From the NCBI RefSeq assembly GCF_000010625.1, contig NC_010296.1, positions 5,810,796-5,842,795 of the forward strand: a stretch of 32,000 nucleotides of DNA. The letters are read 5' to 3'. The notes below the pieces were generated by a model. It saw nothing but the letters and a program-made list of their open reading frames with translations. It was not told the DNA's origin and ran no database searches. Below are positions 1 to 8,479 of the stretch, piece after piece (positions within the stretch are counted from its first letter, which is position 1; each line of letters opens with the position of its first letter). A program made the position numbers and the translations under genes. The DNA comes from Microcystis aeruginosa NIES-843 (GTDB taxonomy: Bacteria > Cyanobacteriota > Cyanobacteriia > Cyanobacteriales > Microcystaceae).

Positions 1-102
1 TTTTTCATGTCGGCCGTCGAAGCCAAAGAATATGGGTTAATCGATCTGGTGATTTCCCGTCCCGAACTGCCCGATCCTACCGTTCCCGTTACTTCCCTGT
101 AA
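1..102 (+). CDS. clpP: ATP-dependent Clp protease proteolytic subunit, C-terminal 33 codons (5' part outside window)
   Basis: Frame 1 is open from base 1 to TAA at 100-102 and reads FFMSAVEAKEYGLIDLVISRPELPDPTVPVTSL. The EAKEYGLID stretch is the conserved ClpP C-terminus. It lies 7 nt upstream of clpX, as in the classic clpP-clpX operon. Confidence 0.8.
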   Translation, partial: FFMSAVEAKEYGLIDLVISRPELPDPTVPVTSL

Positions 103-109
103 ATAAACT

Positions 110-1444
110 ATGTCTAAGTACGACTCCCACCTCAAGTGTTCATTTTGCGGCAAATCCCAGGAACAAGTGCGAAAATTAATCGCCGGGCCGGGGGTCTATA
201 TCTGTGACGAGTGTGTGGAACTGTGTAACGAAATTCTCGATGAGGAATTGATGGAACCGCCCAGTCCGGTCGCCCCAGTGGAGGAACGTCCCAACAAACG
301 GCGATCGGGCCAAAACAAAACCACTTGGGAACAAATTCCCAAACCAAGAGAGATTAAAAAACACCTCGATGACTACGTTATTGGTCAAAATGAGGCGAAA
401 AAAGTGCTTTCGGTGGCCGTTTATAACCATTACAAACGCCTCAAAGATATCCAAACCCAAAAAGCCGGTGGCGGTAGTCCAGAAGATAGCATCGAACTGC
501 AAAAATCTAATATTCTGTTAATTGGTCCCACAGGATCGGGAAAAACCCTTCTAGCTCAAACTCTGGCCAAAATCCTCGATGTACCTTTTGCCGTCGCCGA
601 TGCCACCACTTTAACCGAGGCCGGTTATGTGGGGGAAGATGTGGAAAATATTCTCTTGCGTCTGTTACAAGTGGCAGATTTAGACGTGGAAGAAGCGCAG
701 CGGGGCATTATCTACATCGATGAAATCGATAAAATTGCCCGCAAGAGCGAAAATACCTCGATTACCCGGGATGTGTCCGGAGAAGGGGTACAGCAAGCTT
801 TACTGAAAATGTTAGAGGGAACGATCGCCAATGTTCCCCCCCAAGGCGGCCGCAAACACCCCTATCAGGATTGTATTCAGATCGACACCAGCAATATCCT
901 GTTTATCTGCGGTGGGGCGTTTGTCGGTTTAGATAAGGTGATCGATCAGCGTCTCGGTAAAAAATCCATGGGCTTTATTCAACCGGGAGATGGCCAAGCT
1001 AGTAAGGATAAGGTAGCGGCAGGGTTATTAAAACAAATGACTCCCGATGATTTAGTCAAATTTGGCATGATTCCAGAGTTTGTCGGTCGGATTCCCATCC
1101 TAGCGGCACTGTCACCCCTGGATGAGGAAGCTTTAATCGCTATCCTGACGCAACCCCGCAACGCTTTGGTGAAACAGTATCAAAAACTGTTGAAGATGGA
1201 CAATGTACAGTTAGAGTTTAAATCTGATGCCGTCCTAGCGATCGCCCAAGAGGCCTATCGTCGCAAAACTGGGGCCCGGGCCCTGCGGGGTATTGTCGAG
1301 GAATTAATGCTCGATGTCATGTACGAATTGCCCTCGCGCAAAGACGTGAAACGATGTTTAATCACCCGCGAAATGGTGGAAAAACGTTCCACGGCAGAGC
1401 TATTGGTTCATCCTTCCTCTCTACCTAGTCAAGAATCCGCTTAA
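110..1444 (+). CDS. clpX: ATP-dependent Clp protease ATP-binding subunit ClpX
   Basis: 444-aa ORF. N-terminal C4 zinc ribbon (CSFCGK...CDEC), Walker A GPTGSGKT, Walker [16 protein letters not shown] sensor motif. Full-length ClpX architecture. Confidence 0.97.
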   Translation: MSKYDSHLKCSFCGKSQEQVRKLIAGPGVYICDECVELCNEILDEELMEPPSPVAPVEERPNKRRSGQNKTTWEQIPKPREIKKHLDDYVIGQNEAKKVLSVAVYNHYKRLKDIQTQKAGGGSPEDSIELQKSNILLIGPTGSGKTLLAQTLAKILDVPFAVADATTLTEAGYVGEDVENILLRLLQVADLDVEEAQRGIIYIDEIDKIARKSENTSITRDVSGEGVQQALLKMLEGTIANVPPQGGRKHPYQDCIQIDTSNILFICGGAFVGLDKVIDQRLGKKSMGFIQPGDGQASKDKVAAGLLKQMTPDDLVKFGMIPEFVGRIPILAALSPLDEEALIAILTQPRNALVKQYQKLLKMDNVQLEFKSDAVLAIAQEAYRRKTGARALRGIVEELMLDVMYELPSRKDVKRCLITREMVEKRSTAELLVHPSSLPSQESA

Positions 1445-1465
1445 GGGGAAAAATCGAGGTTAACC

Positions 1466-1672
1466 ATGCTGAACACCGTTCCTGCGATCATCAAAGAAGG
1501 CCGGATCGAACTCCTCGAATCCGTGCCGATTCCAGAGGGTACTAGGGTTTTAGTCACCCTCATCCCGGAGGAGACAAACTCGGATTTCTGGCAAAAAGTC
1601 AGCGAAACTGCACTGGCTAAGATTTGGGATAATCTGGAAGACGACATCTATGAACGATTACTCGAAGCTTGA
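1466..1672 (+). CDS. Putative antitoxin of a MazF/PemK-type TA pair
   Basis: 68-aa ORF that overlaps the downstream toxin-like ORF by 23 nt (1650-1672). Size, position and acidic C-terminus fit a cognate antitoxin. No family recognised by eye. Confidence 0.55.
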   Translation: MLNTVPAIIKEGRIELLESVPIPEGTRVLVTLIPEETNSDFWQKVSETALAKIWDNLEDDIYERLLEA

Positions 1673-1979
1673 AATCGTTCTCGTTCGTTATCCTTTTTCA
1701 GATTTAGCGGACGCTAAAATCAGACCGGTTATCATTGTTAGTTCTCCTCACCGTTCACGGGATGTTTTTCTGGTTCCCCTTACCAGTCGCATCAATAATT
1801 TACTGGAGGGCGAGTTTTTGCTGGAAGATTGGGAGAACGAGGGATTGAATGTACCGACGGCCGTTAAGCGGGGGATATACACAATCCAACAAGATTTACT
1901 CCTTAAGAGAATCGGACGACTATCGGAGACAGATGCGCGACGTTTGCAAAACTCTTTACGAGGATGGCTAGGTATCTAA
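1650..1979 (+). CDS. PemK/MazF-family type II toxin (mRNA interferase)
   Basis: 109-aa ORF. The N-terminal segment VLVRYPFSDLADAKIRPVIIVS followed by LVPLTSR matches the MazF/PemK (CcdB-fold) signature. Translationally coupled to the upstream small ORF. Confidence 0.8.
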   Translation: MNDYSKLEIVLVRYPFSDLADAKIRPVIIVSSPHRSRDVFLVPLTSRINNLLEGEFLLEDWENEGLNVPTAVKRGIYTIQQDLLLKRIGRLSETDARRLQNSLRGWLGI

Positions 1980-1984
1980 CTATC

Positions 1985-2842
1985 ATGAAAACTCAAATAA
2001 TCGATAAAACAATCACTGTTCGCGGTGTTCCCCACTATTACGAGTGGATTCGACAGTCGGAATCTGCCCAGAAAAAGCCAGTCATGGTGTTTATTCATGG
2101 TTGGGGAGGATCGGGACGCTATTGGCGATCGACTGCTGCGGCAGTTTGCGATCGCTTTGATTGTTTATTGTACGATATGCGGGGTTTTGGTCGGTCTAAA
2201 TTGCCGGAAAAATCCCCCGATCTTTCCTACGATTTAGAAGAATATGCCCTTGATCTAGCATTGTTTTTAGATAGTTTGGAAATTGAAAAAATCTATCTCA
2301 ATAGTCACTCTATGGGGGCATCGGTGGCGACTTTTTTTATTACTATGTACCCCGAAAGAGTGGTCAAAGCAGTTTTAACCTGTAATGGCATTTTTGAGTA
2401 TAATAAAGCGGCTTTTGCTGCCTTCCATAAATTCGGTAAGTATGTGGTACAGTTTCGTTATGATTGGTTTTTAAAAGTACCTTTTGCCGATCAATTATTT
2501 ATGGCGAGATTTTTGCATCGATCGATCCCAAAATCAGAAAGAATTGCTTTTTTAGAAGATTTTTTAGCGGCAGATTACGAGGCCGCCCTAGGCACAATTT
2601 ATACATCTGTGAGTAAAAAGGCAGTGGAAATTATGCCTGGTAAATTTGCTGAGATTAAGGTACCAACTCTTTTAGTATCAGGGGAAAAAGACATTATTAT
2701 TCCTGCCAAAATGGGCAAAATGGCGGCGGATTTGAATAATAATATCCAGTATGTGGAGATGGCTAATACTGCTCACTTTCCCATGTTAGAAGATGCCCCT
2801 ACTTATCTAAGAAAATTGCAAGATTTTTTAGAAATTAATTAG
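1985..2842 (+). CDS. Alpha/beta-fold hydrolase
   Basis: HGWGGSGRYW oxyanion region, nucleophile elbow NSHSMGA (G/S-x-S-x-G), C-terminal catalytic His in NTAHFPMLE. ATG 1985 is preferred to the ORF-track ATG 1964, which overlaps the toxin gene end at 1979. Confidence 0.85.
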   Translation: MKTQIIDKTITVRGVPHYYEWIRQSESAQKKPVMVFIHGWGGSGRYWRSTAAAVCDRFDCLLYDMRGFGRSKLPEKSPDLSYDLEEYALDLALFLDSLEIEKIYLNSHSMGASVATFFITMYPERVVKAVLTCNGIFEYNKAAFAAFHKFGKYVVQFRYDWFLKVPFADQLFMARFLHRSIPKSERIAFLEDFLAADYEAALGTIYTSVSKKAVEIMPGKFAEIKVPTLLVSGEKDIIIPAKMGKMAADLNNNIQYVEMANTAHFPMLEDAPTYLRKLQDFLEIN

Positions 2843-2993
2843 AATTGGCTGAATAAATCTAAAAACCTTGTTGGGTAAGACTTTTAGACTTTTTGTCAAT
2901 CAAAAAGTACCATATCTGGGAGTGATCGGGGGGAAAATTCAGGGACTTTTTCCCTAAAAATTAGGTAATTGACCAGATGAAAATCTGTAAAAA

Positions 2994-3066
2994 CCTACAC
3001 CCCACACCCCACCTGCCCCCCCGATGTCGGGGGGGTTGGGGGGGCCACACCCTGTCCCCACCAACA
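2994..3066. repeat. C/G-rich low-complexity block with 9-bp C7GA/TCG7 hairpin (3016-3035), between convergent genes
   Basis: Reads cctacaccccacaccccacctg CCCCCCCGA tg TCGGGGGGG ttgggggggccacaccctgtccccaccaac. CACCCCA heptamer repeats flank a perfect G/C stem. It probably acts as a bidirectional terminator for the hydrolase (+) and uppP (-). Confidence 0.6.
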
Positions 3067-3103
3067 AACTTTTTCAGCATACCCTAATTAGAATGCCAAA
3101 AGG

Positions 3104-4054
3104 TCAGGAAAAACGCCCCAAGGCGACACCAATCAGGATAGTAACCCCGAAAAAGAGACGATACCAGACAAAAACCCAGGTACTCTGTTTTTTGAGATAA
3201 TCTAATAACCAAGCGATCGAAAGATAGGAAAATATCCCCGAGGAAATTACCCCAATACCCAGGGGAATTAATTCACTGGTGTTAATCTGGTCGAGAACGC
3301 CTTTAAATTCCACTAAACCGGCTAAAGTTATCGCCGGAATCCCCAACAGAAAGGAAAATCGCGCCGCTACGGCCCTTTCTAAACCCATGAATAACCCGGC
3401 AGTTAAGGTGGACCCAGAACGAGATACCCCCGGTATGAGGGCTAAAGCTTGGGCTAATCCCATTAAAACCCCGTCTTTTTGTCGCAAAGTCTCGAAACTG
3501 CGTTTATGTTTCCCGATTTTTTCGGCCGTACCTAAGAGTAAAGCCATGACTATGGAGGCACAGGCGATCGCTGTCATGCTTCTCAGGGGGGAATTATCTA
3601 AATCGGGAATGAAAAGTTTCATTAACAAACCGAAGAAAACGATCGGAATTGTGCCTAGGATAATCCCCACGGCTAAACGAAAATCCTGGGAACGATAATC
3701 GGAACTAGCCACCGCTTTCACCATTCCCGTGGATATTTGCCTTAAATCCTGCCAAAAATAGGACAATACCGCCGCAATACTGCCCAATTGAATCACTGCT
3801 GTATAGGTGACACCGGGATCTCCCCAACCCAAAAAGACGGGAATCGCTTTTAGATGAGCGGTACTGCTAATCGGCAAAAATTCCGTCACTCCCTGCACAA
3901 ATCCCAAAAAAATTGCCTGTAACCAGTTAATTTTTGCCAGAGGTATGGCGCTAGTGGTTGATTGGGCAATGACGGCGGGTGTAATCGCCAAAATTACCGT
4001 TATTATCGCTAGTCCTAGCCATTTATAGCTTTTTTTCAGTAAGGAAAACATCAT
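3104..4054 (-). CDS. uppP: Undecaprenyl-diphosphate phosphatase (BacA/UppP)
   Basis: 316-aa polytopic membrane ORF carrying the conserved UppP motifs EFLPISSTAHL and PGVSRSGSTL. Confidence 0.92.
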   Translation of the reverse strand: MMFSLLKKSYKWLGLAIITVILAITPAVIAQSTTSAIPLAKINWLQAIFLGFVQGVTEFLPISSTAHLKAIPVFLGWGDPGVTYTAVIQLGSIAAVLSYFWQDLRQISTGMVKAVASSDYRSQDFRLAVGIILGTIPIVFFGLLMKLFIPDLDNSPLRSMTAIACASIVMALLLGTAEKIGKHKRSFETLRQKDGVLMGLAQALALIPGVSRSGSTLTAGLFMGLERAVAARFSFLLGIPAITLAGLVEFKGVLDQINTSELIPLGIGVISSGIFSYLSIAWLLDYLKKQSTWVFVWYRLFFGVTILIGVALGRFS

Positions 4055-4069
4055 TTTTCAGTAAAAAAA

Positions 4070-4165
4070 GGGGTTGGGTGTGGGGTGTGGGGAAATTAAC
4101 TAATCAATATTACTGCCTTTTGTCTATTTCCCATTCTCCTGTCTCCTGTCTCCTATCTCCTGATT
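4070..4165. repeat. Composite intergenic microsatellite block (GGGGT/GTGGGGT repeats ... TCTCCTG repeats)
   Basis: Reads ggggttgggtgtggggtgtgggg-aaattaacta-...-ctcctgtctcctgtctcctatctcctga. Same ordered architecture as the blocks at 14161-14303 and 31776-31912. Confidence 0.7.
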
Positions 4166-4264
4166 TAAGTATAAATACTTGTTGACAACTCATAGTCGTT
4201 ATGAGTACACTTAATTTAGACAAACTCAAAATGAGTACGACTTAGCAATTAGGAGTTGACGATT

Positions 4265-4996
4265 ATGCTACCAAACCGAGAAGGGCAGAGAGTTCCCGAT
4301 GTCACCTTTCCTGTACGTCAAAATAATCAATGGGTGAACATCACCAGCGAGGAATTATTCAAAGGAAAAACCGTTGTTCTTTTTGCCTTACCCGGGGCAT
4401 TCACTCCCACCTGTTCCACCTCCCATTTACCCGGATATAACGAATTAGCCCCAGTTTTTCGGGAAAATGGCGTAGATAGTATTGTTTGCTTGTCGGTGAA
4501 TGATACCTTTGTCATGAACGAGTGGGCAAAAGATCAAGAATGTGATAATGTCGTCTTGATTCCCGACGGCAACGGCGAATTTAGCGCAGGGATGGGGATG
4601 TTAGTCGATAAAGCTGACTTAGGTTTCGGTCAACGTTCTTGGCGCTATTCGATGCTAGTCAAAGATGGTGTTATCGAGAAAATGTTCATCGAACCAGAAG
4701 AACCGGGAGATCCTTTCAAAGTCTCCGATGCGGAAACGATGTTAAACTACATCAACCCAGAAGCCAAAAAACCGCCTTTAGTCTCTCTTTTCTCGAAAGT
4801 CGGCTGTCCCTACTGCCTCCGGGCTAAGAAAATGTTAGAAGAAAAAGGGCTACAATACGAAGAAATTATCCTCGGACGCGATGCCACCAGTCGTTCTCTG
4901 CGGGCCATGAGTGGCAATACCACCACCCCGCAAGTCTTCATTAACGGGCAATTAATTGGCGGTTCGGAAGAATTAGCGGCTTATTTGGGAGCATAA
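4265..4996 (+). CDS. Hybrid peroxiredoxin-glutaredoxin (Prx5-type peroxiredoxin fused to Grx)
   Basis: N-terminal Prx5 motif [10 protein letters not shown] (peroxidatic Cys). C-terminal glutaredoxin with CPYC active site and [14 protein letters not shown]. The ORF-track start at 4256 is TTG; the first ATG is at 4265. Confidence 0.9.
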   Translation: MLPNREGQRVPDVTFPVRQNNQWVNITSEELFKGKTVVLFALPGAFTPTCSTSHLPGYNELAPVFRENGVDSIVCLSVNDTFVMNEWAKDQECDNVVLIPDGNGEFSAGMGMLVDKADLGFGQRSWRYSMLVKDGVIEKMFIEPEEPGDPFKVSDAETMLNYINPEAKKPPLVSLFSKVGCPYCLRAKKMLEEKGLQYEEIILGRDATSRSLRAMSGNTTTPQVFINGQLIGGSEELAAYLGA

Positions 4997-5204
4997 TCAA
5001 TCAGTTAGACCTCAAGTTATCTTTCCATTGCAACTGGAGAGATATCTGTGAGAGGTTTTGCCCGGGCAAGTTAGAGCTTTTTTGTTGGGTGTGATTGTAG
5101 TCTGATGTATTTCGTTAATCATTTATAGCGTTTCTCAGTCTTATAAAGTACACCATCTGTTGCCTGTTCCCTAACTAAAACCAGAAACTTTGTGCCTCAC
5201 AAGT

Positions 5205-5555
5205 ATGAGAATTGCTGATTTTGTGAAAGCCCGTGACTTCATAAAGCCAAATGAAAAGGTAGTCGTTATCTTTACAGAGGGAAAACACTTTGTTCTCCAC
5301 GATGACAACACTGGTTCAACGGGTCAGTGGAAGATCGATCCCAATCGTGAAGTTGACCGTATTATTCTTTATCATCGTGATGATGAGAATAATGCGAATA
5401 ATTTGTACATAGCGAACCATGCTGGTGCAGAGCCAGCAGACAGGGAAGGTCGATACGACATTCGATTAACTCATGTTCAGTACATAGGGGCAACATCCGT
5501 AAATTGGGTTGAGTTTGCTGAAGGTGGGCAAAACCCAATTCGGTATCTTCCTTGA
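5205..5555 (+). CDS. Hypothetical protein (116 aa from first ATG), no recognisable family
   Basis: Open frame 5190-5555. The ORF-track start is TTG; the first ATG is at 5205 (MRIADFVKARDF...). It ends a few tens of nt before the left-end hairpin of the adjacent tnpB element. No motif recognised by eye. Confidence 0.4.
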   Translation: MRIADFVKARDFIKPNEKVVVIFTEGKHFVLHDDNTGSTGQWKIDPNREVDRIILYHRDDENNANNLYIANHAGAEPADREGRYDIRLTHVQYIGATSVNWVEFAEGGQNPIRYLP

Positions 5556-5733
5556 TGTAGCTTTGATTACCTAAAATGTCGGATGAATGCCCCCGCTAGA
5601 TTTTTCGACAAGATACTCACCTTTGCGGGGGATGAAATCCGACCAGAATATCAACCGCGAAGCACGATTTTAATTCTACCATTTGTAGGTAAACTGTGTT
5701 ATACTTAATTTATCCAGGGTCGAAGATTAATCA

Positions 5734-7020
5734 ATGCTAGTCGTAGAAGCCAAGTTAAAAAACGGGACACCAGAACAATACCAAAAACTTGATGAAGCTA
5801 TTAGAACTTCTCAGTTTGTGCGTAACTCTTGTGTTCGTTATTGGATGGACAATCAAGGGACAAACCGCAATGATCTCCAAAAACTTTGTGCGGTACTAGC
5901 TAACAATAAAGAGACCCCTTGGGTTAATAAATTAAACTCACAAGCACGTCAATCGGCTGCTGATAGAGCCTGGCAATCAATTAGTAAGTTTTACCAGAAT
6001 TGTCATGCTAAGATACCGGGAAAAAAGGGGTTTCCTCGGTTCAAAAAGCATAGTCGTTCGGTTGAATACAAACTAACAGGCTACAAACTATCTGATGAGC
6101 GACGTCAAATTAAGTTTACTGACGGTTTTAAAGCAGGAGAATTTGATTTATGGTGTAGTCAAAAAACCTTAGTTTATTATTCAGAGCAACAGATTAAACG
6201 GGTAAGAGTTGTTAGACGTGCTGACGGTTATTATTGTCAGTTTTTGATTGACGTAGAACGGCAAGAATACCATAAACCAACGGGACAAATAACAGGAATT
6301 GACTTAGGGTTAAAAGAGTTTTATACCGACGCTCAAGGTAATACTGTAGAGAATCCACGTTATTTAAGCAAGTCAGAAAAACGACTTAAAAAAGCACAAA
6401 GGAGATTATCAAAACGATTTCGTCAAGGAAAGAAACAGTCTAAAAACTATCACAAGCAACGGATAAAAGTAGCTAGGCTTCATCTTAAAGTATCAAGACA
6501 ACGTAAAGACAAAGCAATTAAAGACGCTTTGGCGTTAGTCCAGTCTAATGATCTGGTAGTCTATGAAGCTTTAAAGGTAAGAAACTTAGTCAAAAACCGT
6601 AAGCTGTCTAAGTCGATTTCTGATGCTTCTTGGTATCAATTCACTGAATGGTTGAATTATTTTGCTAAGATTTATCGGATTGTCTGTGTTGCTGTTCCTC
6701 CCCATTTTACTAGCCAAGATTGTTCAGTTTGTGGGACGAGAGTTCAAAAAACATTAAGCACTAGAACTCACCAATGTCCTAACTGTAAAACAATCTTAGA
6801 TAGGGATCATAATGCAGCAATAAATATTCTTAAAAAAGGGTTGAAATATTTGGGAAATTATCTCAACGGTACTGTTGGGCAAACAGAAACCGACCCAAAC
6901 GCCTTGGGAGAGTCCGACCTCTGGGTTTTTAATGGAGACATTGAGAATCTAAGCTGTCTCGTTGAACAAGGAATTTCCGATAGTGATAGGTCAAGAATCC
7001 CCCGTCACAGCGTAGCTTGA
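5734..7020 (+). CDS. tnpB: RNA-guided endonuclease TnpB (IS200/IS605 OrfB)
   Basis: 428 aa. RuvC-I ITGIDLGLKEF, RuvC-II VVYEALKVRN, zinc finger CSVCGT...CPNCKT, RuvC-III DRDHNAAINI. Confidence 0.9.
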   Translation: MLVVEAKLKNGTPEQYQKLDEAIRTSQFVRNSCVRYWMDNQGTNRNDLQKLCAVLANNKETPWVNKLNSQARQSAADRAWQSISKFYQNCHAKIPGKKGFPRFKKHSRSVEYKLTGYKLSDERRQIKFTDGFKAGEFDLWCSQKTLVYYSEQQIKRVRVVRRADGYYCQFLIDVERQEYHKPTGQITGIDLGLKEFYTDAQGNTVENPRYLSKSEKRLKKAQRRLSKRFRQGKKQSKNYHKQRIKVARLHLKVSRQRKDKAIKDALALVQSNDLVVYEALKVRNLVKNRKLSKSISDASWYQFTEWLNYFAKIYRIVCVAVPPHFTSQDCSVCGTRVQKTLSTRTHQCPNCKTILDRDHNAAINILKKGLKYLGNYLNGTVGQTETDPNALGESDLWVFNGDIENLSCLVEQGISDSDRSRIPRHSVA

Positions 7021-7038
7021 CGGTGGGAGTATGTCAAT
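6810..7038 (+). ncRNA. Predicted omega-RNA (reRNA) scaffold overlapping the tnpB 3' end and right end
   Basis: In characterised IS605 elements the TnpB guide RNA derives from the 3' end of tnpB plus the right end. This exact 229-nt segment is also the only part of the element kept in the solo copy at 17899-18127. No experimental ends are available. Confidence 0.45.
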
Positions 7039-7151
7039 GAAGGTTCTTGTCATCCACTAATAGGTAGGTGAGAACACGAGGTAAACTATAAGCTGGGAGA
7101 TTGTGGTGAAAACTTAAGTAGTCGTGCAAAATTAATTTCCTAGTGAAGATA

Positions 7152-7179
7152 GGCAAGAGGCAAGAGGCAAGAGGCAAGA
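7152..7179. repeat. Tandem heptamer (GGCAAGA)x4
   Basis: Direct reading: ggcaaga ggcaaga ggcaaga ggcaaga gg, located 40 nt upstream of hicB. Confidence 0.9.
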
Positions 7180-7218
7180 GGTGGTTAGATATGTGTAATT
7201 AATTTTGCTTAGGTACTT

Positions 7219-7425
7219 ATGAAGTTGACTGTAACACTTGACCGTGACGAAGATGGAGTTTGGGTTGTAGAATGCCCCAGCATTCCGGGTTGTGTCAGCC
7301 AAGGTAAAACGAGAGCAGAAGCTCTTGAAAATATCAGAGATGCAATTATCGCCTGCCTTCAAGTTCGTGCAGAACGTGGGCTACCCCTAACGATTGAAAC
7401 TCACCAAGTAGAGGTAATGGCATAA
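7219..7425 (+). CDS. hicB: HicB-family antitoxin
   Basis: 68 aa. DEDGVWVVECPSIPGCVSQGKTRAEALENIRDAI is the HicB/UPF0150 N-terminal fold signature. Immediately followed (2-nt gap) by a HicA-like ORF. Confidence 0.85.
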   Translation: MKLTVTLDRDEDGVWVVECPSIPGCVSQGKTRAEALENIRDAIIACLQVRAERGLPLTIETHQVEVMA

Positions 7426-7427
7426 TC

Positions 7428-7655
7428 ATGTCCTCTGCTCTTCCTGTTCTCAGCGGACGTGAGGTAGTCCGAGTATTTGAAACCTTCGGCTGGCAAGTTG
7501 CGCGTCAAAGTGTAAGCCATATTATCATGGTTAAGGAGGGCGAACAGGTAACACTCTCTGTTCCTGATCATCGTGAAGTGGCAAAGGGTACGCTTCGTAG
7601 TCTTATTCGTACTGCTGGAATTACGGTACAAGAATTTGTTTCTGGCATGAGATGA
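7428..7655 (+). CDS. hicA: HicA-family toxin (mRNA interferase)
   Basis: 75 aa. LSGREVVRVFETFGWQVARQSVSHIIM...VPDHREVAKGTLRSLIRTAGI matches the HicA/YcfA dsRBD-like signature, including the conserved His. Confidence 0.85.
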   Translation: MSSALPVLSGREVVRVFETFGWQVARQSVSHIIMVKEGEQVTLSVPDHREVAKGTLRSLIRTAGITVQEFVSGMR

Positions 7656-7913
7656 GCGATAAGAGAGGTCTAACAATTCGAGTGCAGCGGACGGACGAAG
7701 GCTGCTGATGCTCAGTTCAAGGTTGTCTGATGCCGCTGATTCGAGCCGTTACTTGTACTGAGCGCATTGGAAGTATCAGTTATCAGCTACTTGTTTTCCG
7801 AATTAATTGGCCGTTTTTCAGTTTATTATCAACGTCCAATAGGATCAAAATCAGTCCCTTATGCACCCACAAAAATTATCGAGTATTCTGTTAACTGATC
7901 AAGGAGAAAGATT

Positions 7914-8447
7914 ATGGTAGCCACTCCAGTCAAAACCAAAACCACGGGACAATACTACGCCACCCGCATCGATTTAGCATTAGATATCCGCAAAGCTATT
8001 GTTGAAATCTTAAGCCAAACCCTTGCCGCTAGTTTAGACCTAAAAACTCAGGTTAAACAGGCCCACTGGAATGTAAAAGGTTTAAATTTCTACCAATTGC
8101 ACAGCCTCTTCGACGAAATGGCCACGGAATTAGAAGGCTATGGGGACATGGTAGCAGAACGGATTACCGCTTTAGGTGGAACCGCTTTAGGAACAGCGCG
8201 CATCGCTGCCGCTAACTCGATTCTGCCGGAATATCCGGCTGATATCGTCGATGGTAGTGAACATATCGTTGCTTTAGCCGAACGTTATGCCTTATACGCC
8301 GCCCATCTTCGTTCTGCTATTGATACTACTGGCAATCAAGGGGATGCCGACACAGCAGATCTCTATACGGAAATCTCCCGGGACATCGATAAACGTCTCT
8401 GGTTCCTAGAAGCGCATCTGATTAAATCGGAAGATGTTATCAGATAA
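7914..8447 (+). CDS. dps: DNA starvation/stationary-phase protection protein (Dps ferritin-like)
   Basis: 177 aa. QAHWNVKGLNFYQLHSLFDE ferroxidase-centre motif and DTADLYTEI...DKRLWFLEAHL are typical of Dps. Confidence 0.9.
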   Translation: MVATPVKTKTTGQYYATRIDLALDIRKAIVEILSQTLAASLDLKTQVKQAHWNVKGLNFYQLHSLFDEMATELEGYGDMVAERITALGGTALGTARIAAANSILPEYPADIVDGSEHIVALAERYALYAAHLRSAIDTTGNQGDADTADLYTEISRDIDKRLWFLEAHLIKSEDVIR

Positions 8448-8479
8448 ATTTGGGGTGTATTAACTTAGCTTAATACACC

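Larger units (their letters stand above)
5572..7038 (+). mobile_element. IS200/IS605-family element carrying tnpB only (IS1341-like)
   Basis: Bipartite inverted repeat/hairpin gtcggatgaatgcccccgc (5578-5596) / gcgggggatgaaatccgac (5625-5643) upstream of tnpB, typical of an IS605 left end. The right boundary is fixed at 7038 (...GGGAGTATGTCAAT), because homology to the second copy at 17899-18127 stops exactly there. The left boundary is approximate. Confidence 0.6.

Noticed and set aside
132-1647. Antisense and overlapping ORFs within and just after clpX (132-347, 176-502, 979-1161, 1441-1647)
   Set aside because: These are shadow ORFs opposite a strongly supported conserved gene, with no motifs.
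3279-3698. 139-aa + strand ORF inside uppP, and the 127-, 66- and 140-aa + strand ORFs inside the AI-2E transporter gene (18438-19256)
   Set aside because: These are antisense shadows of GC-skewed membrane-protein genes. Their Arg/Pro-rich composition is typical of non-coding frames.
7132-7676. Minus-strand ORFs 7132-7362 and 7401-7676 opposite hicB and hicA
   Set aside because: These are shadow ORFs antisense to a well-supported TA pair. The first is partly a translation of the GGCAAGA heptamer repeat.
7665-7770. Possible structured RNA or tRNA-like element downstream of hicA (CAGCGG...CCGCTG and GCTCAGT...ACTGAGC in interleaved order, plus repeated ATTCGAG)
   Set aside because: No cloverleaf, T-loop (GTTCRANYC) or anticodon arm can be drawn. 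The 6-7-bp complementarities are short enough to arise by chance. I vaguely recall similar sequence as a dispersed cyanobacterial repeat but cannot verify it.
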